DNA of 64,000 nucleotides from NCBI GenBank assembly GCA_965248055.1, contig CBDFIJ010000004.1, forward strand, positions 1,152,001 through 1,216,000, written 5' to 3'. Made by a program: the position numbers and the translations under genes. This DNA is from Candidatus Multivoradales bacterium (GTDB taxonomy: Bacteria; Acidobacteriota; Thermoanaerobaculia; Multivoradales; JAHEKO01). Position 1 is the stretch's first letter. Every line of letters begins with the position of its first letter. The notes beneath the pieces were generated by a model. That model was not told where the DNA came from. It saw nothing but the letters and a program-made list of their open reading frames with translations, and made no database searches. Positions 43,298 through 51,225 of this stretch are shown here, one piece after another.

Positions 43298-43417
43298 GAG
43301 ATGACTCGCATTCCGATCTCCCTCTGCCCACATTCATCATGGGTTGCCATGCAGCCTTCATTCGTTAAGAGGCCTTGAGCGTCATCGACTCACGATTGAC
43401 GAGTCTCTGCACCCTGA

Positions 43418-44239
43418 CTAGTTGCGCCACCTGGCACCGACTAGGAGCCACAGCCGCATGAGAATGCCTAGTCCAACCGTATCTTTGGAAGTTCCGCGAT
43501 CGAGTCGTTGATTTGCATCGTAGATGTAGCCAACGAACCTACTCCATGGCTTACTGACTGGCACCAGGTCGACAACTGCAGCGGGTCGAGCAGCCTTCCC
43601 AAATCTCCAATCCTCAGCCCTGGCCAGGACTAGCGACAATGCATGCGCCAGACCGTTCGTCAGCCGCTGCTCCCCGGTTTCTGAATCAACTACCTCGGCC
43701 ATTGCCCTAGCGATCGAATCCATCCTCGCCCGGTCAAGGCTGGACCTGATCGCCACGGCGCGCACCCGATCAAAGAACCCATCCCAGGCCTCGCGGTTCC
43801 AAGGCTTTCGCTCCTCTTCACTAGCAATTAGCAGGTAGGCCGGCTGTCCGCGGGGGTTGCGGTCTAGAGCTTCTTCCAGCTCGAACTGCAGGCGATTGAG
43901 CGCTGCCATGCGTTCGCCTTCGACTCCAGGCTGGAGTGCAAAGTCGATGCAGGTCCGGGTCAGGGTTAGGGCCGCTTGCAAGCGTCGCCGGGGTGCCGCG
44001 CCCACCAGCAGCAAAGCCGGAGCGAAGTCCCCCAGCCAAGCTCGGGTGACCTCGGCGCATAATCGCTCTGCTTGCTCCAGTGATAGATCATCTTCGGGCG
44101 CCTCGATGTGGTCGGCGAGACGCGCGTGACGACTCCCCAGCAAGCCACGATCACCCTCCCTCGGCGGTCGGTCGTCACACACGTCCGGTCCGGGGTGGCT
44201 GGCTAGTTTCCTGGCCCCTTTGAGTAGATTTTCGCGCAT
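43418..44239 (-). CDS. Squalene/phytoene synthase-fold protein, degenerate
   Basis: LEQA..LC..VTR....F...LLL...RRRLQA..R..ID resembles the HpnC/CrtB N-terminus; no DDxxD. Confidence 0.55.
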   Translation of the reverse strand: MRENLLKGARKLASHPGPDVCDDRPPREGDRGLLGSRHARLADHIEAPEDDLSLEQAERLCAEVTRAWLGDFAPALLLVGAAPRRRLQAALTLTRTCIDFALQPGVEGERMAALNRLQFELEEALDRNPRGQPAYLLIASEEERKPWNREAWDGFFDRVRAVAIRSSLDRARMDSIARAMAEVVDSETGEQRLTNGLAHALSLVLARAEDWRFGKAARPAAVVDLVPVSKPWSRFVGYIYDANQRLDRGTSKDTVGLGILMRLWLLVGARWRN

Positions 44240-44676
44240 GGTCGAGCGATTCTCCCACGGCCCGTGACTGTTTCCCCGCCATTCTGACCCGGCACGCTGC
44301 ACGAAACTTCATTCACGCTGGCAAGAGCTCTGGCGGGAATTTCGTTTCGCTTCTAGCGAGTCTGAAGTCGATGCTCGGCGACTTCAATACATTGCTTGTT
44401 TTTGCCGAGCGACTCGATCTTGAGAGCAGGCGAGGAGTCTCAGGAGGCGTTGAGTTGACTCTCCACCGGAGGGTCGCAGGATAGGTCCCGGCTCCCTTGC
44501 CCGGCTCCCGCCGGCTCGAGACGGGCACGCGCACCGCGGCGCCAATCCCCAGCTATCAGGCCACTTCATTTGTCGAGGACTCCCTTTGCCAACCACGACC
44601 TTGATAGGGTGGGGAAGGAGTCGGAGTGGCAGCACTACCGGCCAATCACCAGCCAAAAGAAAAAGGAAACTGCACC

Positions 44677-45588
44677 GTGTCGAGTACCAACGATTCTCGC
44701 GGATCTCTCTTACTCTGGGGAGTCATTCCCCTTGCTTTGCTCGGGCTGCTCCTAGCCTGGATTGTCACAACCAACCCGCTCGCCAATTTAGCTGGAACTG
44801 AAACGGGCGCAGGTGCCCGTCTGACACCGGCTTTTCTCTGGGGGTTTGGACTCATCGGTCTCTACGTCGGCGTCTTGCCGGTGATGCTGGGTTTGGTGTG
44901 GCGACCCTTCCTAATGCGCCTGGGACGCGCCGGACGCGACTTCGTGCTCGCACTGACGATTGGACTTCTGATCTACCTGGGCATAGACACCGTCGAGGAT
45001 GGGATCGAGACCATGGAAGAAGCGTTGTCCATGGTGACGACTCTGGGATTGTTCTTTGGCCTCGCGATTGCCGCCTATTTTGCCGTCGAAGCGTTCTCGC
45101 GCTGGGTGGCGCGACGCAGCGGCGGCGGAGCCGATTGGACCACAGCAATGCTGATCGCCCTGGGGATTGGACTGCACAACTTCGGCGAAGGTCTGGCGAT
45201 TGGCGCCGCCTACGCACTCGGCGAAATGGCCTTGGGAGCGATCCTGGTGGTGGGCTTTACCCTGCACAACACCACCGAAGGGCTGGCGATTGTCGCACCA
45301 CTTTCCAAAGAAACCGAAGTCGGAATCGGCAAACTGTTGCTCCTGGGATTGATCGCCGGAGGACCCACCATCCTCGGAGCCTGGCTCGGCGGCATGGTGG
45401 TCTCGCCAGTAACCGGCGGCATCGCCTTGGCACTGGGCGCCGGCGCCATCGCCCAAGTGGTGATCCAACTCCTTGGCTCGGTGTCGAAAGATCGTTCGTT
45501 GAAGAGCTTTCTGTCTTCGCCTGCAGTGATCGTCGGATTGGTCGTCGGCGCCGCGCTGATGTTCGTCACCGGAAAAATCGCCGGTTAA
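44677..45588 (+). CDS. ZIP family divalent metal transporter
   Basis: GIGLHNFGEGLAIG and LHNTTEG motifs; AAGGA upstream of GTG 44677. Confidence 0.9.
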   Translation: MSSTNDSRGSLLLWGVIPLALLGLLLAWIVTTNPLANLAGTETGAGARLTPAFLWGFGLIGLYVGVLPVMLGLVWRPFLMRLGRAGRDFVLALTIGLLIYLGIDTVEDGIETMEEALSMVTTLGLFFGLAIAAYFAVEAFSRWVARRSGGGADWTTAMLIALGIGLHNFGEGLAIGAAYALGEMALGAILVVGFTLHNTTEGLAIVAPLSKETEVGIGKLLLLGLIAGGPTILGAWLGGMVVSPVTGGIALALGAGAIAQVVIQLLGSVSKDRSLKSFLSSPAVIVGLVVGAALMFVTGKIAG

Positions 45589-45717
45589 AGTAGCAAGCTA
45601 GTCGCCACCAAGCCATTATCTAGAGCCGGAGAGGTACCTCCCCCTCCCCTACAAAAGAGCTGGCGCAGACCCAACGTCTGCCGGTTGGCAGAGTCGATTC
45701 TCGACCCATCACAGATT

Positions 45718-45972
45718 GAGATCCTTCGACTGCGCTGCTACGCAGCTTCGCTCAGGATGACAACTGGAAGGCCTTGACGTAAGAGTGGGAGGGGGAAACT
45801 CCGCCCCCACAAGAGCAAAGGCCGTTCCGCGATCCTTGTCCTCGTAGGGCAGGCCTTTATGGCCTCCCGCTCTTGCCGATCCCTCTCCCCCGCCGGGATG
45901 ACGAAGTGCTGATATGCCACCGCCATTACCAACTTCATCCCCGAAGGGTGGGGGTTTGGTGGTCGGGGATCT
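45718..45972. repeat. REP-like cluster B, including a GTAG-type REP
   Basis: GAGATCCTTCG..CTCAGGATGAC (45718-45761), GTAGGGCAGGCC-TTTAT-GGCCTCCC (from 45844), two GATCCC..GGGATGA units. Confidence 0.8.
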
Positions 45973-45995
45973 ATCACCGTCGAGATGGCGATCGG

Positions 45996-46706
45996 TTAGG
46001 CCTCGAATACCTCTCCAGGCTGCAAGGTCACGACCTCACAGTTCATTTCTCGCGCCACAACTTGCCGGGTGAATTCTTCAGGAGTCCCGGTAAGCAGTGG
46101 GAAGGTGCCCCAGTGAATCGGTACGACCTGACCAACCCCGAGCAAACGGCAAGCCTTGGCCGCCTGAACCGGATCCATGGTGAAGACGTCGCCGATCGGC
46201 AGGAATGCCAATTGGGGTCGATACAGCTCACGAATCAACTGCATGTCTGAAAATAGTGCCGTGTCCCCGGCGTGGTAGAAGTCAATGCCGTCTGGGTTAC
46301 GGATTGCGTAGCCCATCGCTGGGCCACCGTGAATAAAATGGCCACCGTCCAAAACACCAGAAGAATGAACCGCCTGGGTCATCGAGACCTTGAGGCCCAG
46401 CACCTCCAGTGTGCCCCCCAAGTTGCCGTGCATGCAATTCTCCACTCCCTGCTTCTCCAACCAATGGCTGAGTTCCAACGAAGCGACAACCACCGACGGT
46501 CGGTATTTCTTGGCGATCGCCACCGCATCATCGATGTGGTCGAAATGTCCATGAGTGATCAGCATCGCGTCGACCTTTTCGATTGCGCGCAACTTCTCGG
46601 GACAAGCGGGGTTGTTGTCCACCCAGGGATCGATCAACAGCGAGCGTCCGTCCGCTAATTCAACGCCGATCGTCGCGTGGCCGTAATAGGTAAATTTGGT
46701 TGTCAA
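45996..46706 (-). CDS. Metallo-beta-lactamase-fold metal-dependent hydrolase (UPF0173-like)
   Basis: GHA, LIDP, THGHFDH, YHAGDT, LPIGD, PIHWGTF. Confidence 0.92.
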   Translation of the reverse strand: MTTKFTYYGHATIGVELADGRSLLIDPWVDNNPACPEKLRAIEKVDAMLITHGHFDHIDDAVAIAKKYRPSVVVASLELSHWLEKQGVENCMHGNLGGTLEVLGLKVSMTQAVHSSGVLDGGHFIHGGPAMGYAIRNPDGIDFYHAGDTALFSDMQLIRELYRPQLAFLPIGDVFTMDPVQAAKACRLLGVGQVVPIHWGTFPLLTGTPEEFTRQVVAREMNCEVVTLQPGEVFEA

Positions 46707-46876
46707 CTTTTCTCCTTATTGTTGTGATCAAAAGCCTAGCGTGAATCGACAGGAAGTTGAACTCGGCGTCGGTGAAACTTACCGACGCGTCGATGCGTAG
46801 TGAAATCCGAGCAAAGACATGAGGAAAAGCACCATGAACCCCACCAGAAGGTGCGCTTTTCTGTTACTCTTTTTCC

Positions 46877-47374
46877 ATGCGACGGGCCCTCTCCCATCGA
46901 CCCCGTAGCCGGAAGCTAAATCCCATCGTTTGGGGTCTTGTTCGTCTTTCGGCTTTGGTGTTAGTGGGATTCCACGTCCTGCTTCTTGGACGTCGTATCG
47001 CCGATCTGACCATCGCCGACCCTTGGGTTATTGTTCGCTGGTTGGCCACCGTTGCGCTGTTGTTCGTTGGTTGGCGCTATGTACGAAAAGGCGGCTCTCT
47101 GGTCGCCGGCCGCGGCGCACTGGCGTTTTGGATCGCGGTATTCCTGCTGCACGCGTTTGCCCTTCAGCCAGCGCCGGTACCTTTGGCAGAAAGCACGGTC
47201 AACGTTTGGAGTGTAGGGCTACTGCTGGTGCTTTCCTGGGTGGTTCTCAACGCCCTGCAGACTTCAGTCGAAGCACGTAGATACCATCAAACGGAAGACT
47301 TCTTCCTGCTGTTTCATACCGATCAGCTAATCCATTACTCGGGTCGTCCGCCTCCGATCTCCTTCTCCGCATAG
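46877..47374 (+). CDS. Membrane leader protein ending in RPPP (candidate ribosome-arrest peptide)
   Basis: About 4 hydrophobic segments, then ...HYSGRPPPISFSA*; TG-T-TACTCT -10 box 6 nt before ATG. Confidence 0.7.
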   Translation: MRRALSHRPRSRKLNPIVWGLVRLSALVLVGFHVLLLGRRIADLTIADPWVIVRWLATVALLFVGWRYVRKGGSLVAGRGALAFWIAVFLLHAFALQPAPVPLAESTVNVWSVGLLLVLSWVVLNALQTSVEARRYHQTEDFFLLFHTDQLIHYSGRPPPISFSA

Positions 47375-47453
47375 ACGCGGAACCCCCACCCCAATCAGAC
47401 GAAGGTGTCACCCTCGCGGTGACTGACCGAACGATACTCTTTGGAAGGAGATC
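47356..47453 (+). promoter_or_regulatory. Anti-SD/SD long-range pairing (translational attenuator)
   Basis: GATCTCCTTC (47356-47365) is the exact reverse complement of GAAGGAGATC (47444-47453); inner hairpin GTCACC/GGTGAC 47407-47423. Confidence 0.75.
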
Positions 47454-47456
47454 AAC

Positions 47457-50400
47457 ATGCAGGGCACAACGCCTGCTCTCGACAACGTTTCCCAGTCCTC
47501 AATGCAGTCCCCACTGTTGGAAGCAGTGATGCATCTACCGATTCTCACTACGGTTGTTGCGACCGTATTTTGTCTGGTGTTGTTTCGCCGCTATCGCCAG
47601 CGCGGTGGCCTCCACTTGCTGTGGTGGGCGATCGGCATGGCCACCTACGGCCTTGGTACCCTGACCGAGTCGGCGACCACCCTGTTTGGCTGGAACTCCG
47701 ACGTCTTCAAGCTCTGGTATGTCTTCGGCGCCTTTCTCGGTGGCTATCCACTGGCACAAGGAAGCCTTTACTTGCTGGCTAGGAAACGCCGATTGGCCCA
47801 TCTGTCCGCCATCGTCTGCACCACCGCCATCATCATCGGCGCCATCGCCGTGGCGCTATCCCCTGTCACATTTCCAGGAGTTGACGCACGGCTGTCTGGA
47901 TCCGCTCTGAACTGGCAATGGATTCGCGCTATGACCCCATTTATCAATATCTACTCGGCAATCGTCCTCATTGGAGGTGCTCTGGTGTCCGCTTTTCGTT
48001 TTCGTACCACTCCCGACTTGCGCGGCCGTTACCTCGGCAACATCTTGATCGCTATCGGCGCTTTACTGCCCGGGATCGGCGGCACCATGACTCGCATGGG
48101 TCATGTAGAAGTGCTCTACGTAACCGAGCTGTTGGGTCTGTTGTTTATCTTTGCCGGCTATCGCAAATGCGTCGCCGCACCTCAGCCCGCGACCGAACCC
48201 AAGTCGGCGATAGCGTCAGTTACCGCTGTGCTACTTCTACTGATGAGTCTCGCGAGTCCGCAACTGCTGAGTGCGCAAACTAACGATACGGCTCCTCAAG
48301 GAGAAGGAACTCAGGAAACCGTCGACCAGGACCCTAGGTCGGATAGCGGCGACAACGTCTATTACGGAACCGTGACGGTGACCGCGACCGGCAACGAGTC
48401 CGATACCCATCAGGTCGCTCAACCGGTCACCGTGCTCAAAGATATCGACCTGCGGCTGGCCAACAACGCCGCCGACCTGCTGCGCTGGGAACCCGGAGTC
48501 GATGTTGACGGAGTGGGGGCAGTGCAGGTGCGTCCGGTCATTCGTGGCTTGCGCGGCCTGCGCGTGCTGTTCTTGGAGGACGGCCTGCGGATGAACAACT
48601 CGCGTCGCCAAACTGATTTCGGCGAGATCAGTGGTTTGGTGCCCAATGAGTTGGTCGACCGAATCGAAGTGGTGCGCGGCGCGGCTTCAGTGCTGTACGG
48701 TACCGACGCCATTGGTGGCGTAGTCAACATGATCACCCACCGGCCCAGTGTTGGCTCCGGCTGGGCCGGCAATCTAAGGGTTACCGGTGGCAGCGTCGAC
48801 GACTCGACCAAGGTCACTGCGAGCTTAGCGAAACGAAGCGAGCAGTCATCTTGGTCTAGCACCTTTGGCGTGCGTGATGTTTCGGACTACGAGGCGCCCG
48901 CCGGAACCTTTGGCGATATCAAACTGTTGGAAGACACCTCGGTGCTCGACACCGGGGTCGAGGACAACTTCTTCAAAACCATCTACTCCAGAGACTTGAA
49001 CAGCTCCCACAGCTTGATCCTTTCAGCGCGCGGCTACTCGGGAGAAAACAGCGGATTCGGCTTGGTCGAGCCGTCGCTTTTGGGAGACGACAGCTTTCGC
49101 ATTCGCATCCTCTATCCGGAGCAAGATTTTCAAAAGTTCGTCGCCACCCACCTAGGAACAGATCTCGGTTGGGCCGACACGCTGGAAACCAAGCTCTATA
49201 GCCAAAGCAACGAGCGCATCCTGGTCAACGACATCGGCATCAATATCGGGCCGATCTTTCCCGGCGCTCCCAACTCCTCTGTCGACGCGGACACCGTAAA
49301 CAACACCGATATGGATACCTGGGGCGTCCGCTCTGAAGCCGCCAAAGCAGCGGCCGGAGGGCTCTGGACCTACGGCGTCGAAGCATTCTTCGATGATTCC
49401 TTTAACACCGATTCGTCTGTGACTACGACCACCATTCGTGTCCCCTTTCCGCCTTTCGCGTTTGTCAGCCAAAGCACCGACAACATCGCCAATGCCCCCA
49501 ACGCCACTAACTCTTCAATCGGTGCTTTCGCCCAGTACGAGCGATTGATCGGGGACCGCGCCCATGTCAGTCTTGGCACTCGCTATCAGCAGGTCACGAC
49601 CCAAGCAGAACCGACACCAGATCTGGATGTCACCGGACTGGACTTCGACGATTCCCGTTGGGTCGGCGCTGCGACCCTGCGCTATCAGCTCCAGGACAAC
49701 CTGCAATTGGTCGGTTCGCTGGGAAGTTCCTTCCGCATGCCGAGCATCATCGAGCGCCTGTTCAACGGCCCGACCCCCGAAGGAGCTGGCTTTCAACTTC
49801 TAAACCCAAACCTCAAGTCGGAAACCGGTATCAACTACGACATCGGTCTCAAGTATCGGGGTCGGCGCACCTTTGCCGAGGTCACCTATTTCGAGAATCG
49901 CCTGTCCGACGGTATCTCCCAGCACTTCCTCAGCCCAGCCGACGTTGACGCCTTAGCGCAAGACTTGAAAACCGAAATTGCGCTACTGGGACCCAACGTA
50001 TTTGTGGTTCAGCAACGCAATATTGAAGAACTGACCTACACTGGGTTCGAGCTGGCGGGTGGAATCAACCTGGAAAGTGGAGTGACAGTGGGTGGCAACT
50101 TCTCGCTGCTCGACGCCGATCGCACCGACTCCGCCAACCCACCGACCGGCGAAAGCTACGGCAACAAGACCAACCTGTTCCTCCGCTACGCCCCAGCCAG
50201 CAAGCCGTACTATCTAGAATGGCGTATCCGTCACTCGCCGGAAGATGACTTCCCGCTGGCACCCAACCAAGCCCTGCCCCCAGCAGGCCTCAGACTGCCG
50301 TCTTTGACTGTGCAACAACTGGCCGCCGGTTGGACCTTCAGCGGTGAAGGTCGTCTCGGTCATCAACTCAACCTAGTGGTCGACAACCTGAGCGACGATC

Positions 50401-50483
50401 TCTATTCCGAGTCCTCCAACGCCTCCTTCTTCCGACCACAGCCAGGGAGAGGGGCGCGGGTGAGTTATGGGCTGAGGTTCTAA
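47457..50483 (+). CDS. TonB-dependent receptor (heme-receptor-like) with N-terminal multi-TM domain and internal signal peptide
   Basis: About 7 TMs in the first ~240 aa; plug motifs PVIRG, DGL, IEVVRGAASVLYG.DAIGGVVN; FRMP...NPNL; C-terminal YGLRF. Confidence 0.88.
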   Translation: MQGTTPALDNVSQSSMQSPLLEAVMHLPILTTVVATVFCLVLFRRYRQRGGLHLLWWAIGMATYGLGTLTESATTLFGWNSDVFKLWYVFGAFLGGYPLAQGSLYLLARKRRLAHLSAIVCTTAIIIGAIAVALSPVTFPGVDARLSGSALNWQWIRAMTPFINIYSAIVLIGGALVSAFRFRTTPDLRGRYLGNILIAIGALLPGIGGTMTRMGHVEVLYVTELLGLLFIFAGYRKCVAAPQPATEPKSAIASVTAVLLLLMSLASPQLLSAQTNDTAPQGEGTQETVDQDPRSDSGDNVYYGTVTVTATGNESDTHQVAQPVTVLKDIDLRLANNAADLLRWEPGVDVDGVGAVQVRPVIRGLRGLRVLFLEDGLRMNNSRRQTDFGEISGLVPNELVDRIEVVRGAASVLYGTDAIGGVVNMITHRPSVGSGWAGNLRVTGGSVDDSTKVTASLAKRSEQSSWSSTFGVRDVSDYEAPAGTFGDIKLLEDTSVLDTGVEDNFFKTIYSRDLNSSHSLILSARGYSGENSGFGLVEPSLLGDDSFRIRILYPEQDFQKFVATHLGTDLGWADTLETKLYSQSNERILVNDIGINIGPIFPGAPNSSVDADTVNNTDMDTWGVRSEAAKAAAGGLWTYGVEAFFDDSFNTDSSVTTTTIRVPFPPFAFVSQSTDNIANAPNATNSSIGAFAQYERLIGDRAHVSLGTRYQQVTTQAEPTPDLDVTGLDFDDSRWVGAATLRYQLQDNLQLVGSLGSSFRMPSIIERLFNGPTPEGAGFQLLNPNLKSETGINYDIGLKYRGRRTFAEVTYFENRLSDGISQHFLSPADVDALAQDLKTEIALLGPNVFVVQQRNIEELTYTGFELAGGINLESGVTVGGNFSLLDADRTDSANPPTGESYGNKTNLFLRYAPASKPYYLEWRIRHSPEDDFPLAPNQALPPAGLRLPSLTVQQLAAGWTFSGEGRLGHQLNLVVDNLSDDLYSESSNASFFRPQPGRGARVSYGLRF

Positions 50484-50563
50484 GACGAATCGATGGCGGG
50501 CTGCTTGTCAACTTAGCCTAAACAGGCGAGCGGCCCGCCGTCGACCGCTCCCAAACTTCGAGC

Positions 50564-51178
50564 TCATTGAACTTTCTGCGCCGAGTCTAGAACCTGGGTT
50601 TGGTCGAGATAGCAATCTGGGTCGTCAGGGGTTTTTTCGCAAAATTCAGCCACCGCCTGGGACAAGTCAGATGACGCAATACGCTCTTTGTCTTTGAAGA
50701 CAGACAGCTTTGCAACCTCGCGGTTGAACGGGAGAATGATTGTCGTCTCGGCACTCTCCTCTATATCAACGAAGTCGCGATCTTCTTCGTCACTCCAAAC
50801 CAATGTCCAACGAGGGTCCCAAAGTGGAATCGAAACGAGGCTAACTCCCTGAACGTCTACTAGTTGTGCCGTGAGCATGGCGGGGTTCCCAATGTGATTG
50901 GGCGCCTCCCCGTAAAGAACCCTCGGGTTCGTGAGCGTTACAAGACCCTCGGCGGCTACGCGCATGTCAACGACCACCACTTTGGCAAAAGCCGTGGACG
51001 CAACCGCACTGGGGTCTTTGGGGCCAACACTCAAAGTGCCGCCATCAATCTGCTGCACAATTGCCGACTCCTGCGGCTGCTGCGCCACGATCCTGCTCTG
51101 ATCACCCTCCTCAGTATCAGAGCAGCCCAAAAGCACCAGCATGGGAATCCAAAGCCCGAATCGATTACACGCTTTCAT
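50564..51178 (-). CDS. Hypothetical lipoprotein
   Basis: MKACNRFGLWIPMLVLLGC lipobox; directly downstream of the peptidase gene. Confidence 0.7.
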   Translation of the reverse strand: MKACNRFGLWIPMLVLLGCSDTEEGDQSRIVAQQPQESAIVQQIDGGTLSVGPKDPSAVASTAFAKVVVVDMRVAAEGLVTLTNPRVLYGEAPNHIGNPAMLTAQLVDVQGVSLVSIPLWDPRWTLVWSDEEDRDFVDIEESAETTIILPFNREVAKLSVFKDKERIASSDLSQAVAEFCEKTPDDPDCYLDQTQVLDSAQKVQ

Positions 51179-51225
51179 TGTTCTAACACCTCTCCAGTTT
51201 GCTGAACATCTGCTATACCTACTCG

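Noticed and set aside
46819-46908. Mini-ORF MRKSTMNPTRRCAFLLLFFHATG... overlapping the leader gene start
   Set aside because: Its hydrophobic run coincides with the T-rich -10 region of the leader gene; probably incidental
47375-47456. Cobalamin or TPP riboswitch upstream of the TonB receptor
   Set aside because: Only 82 nt and no B12-box or TPP consensus; the anti-SD pairing explains the region better
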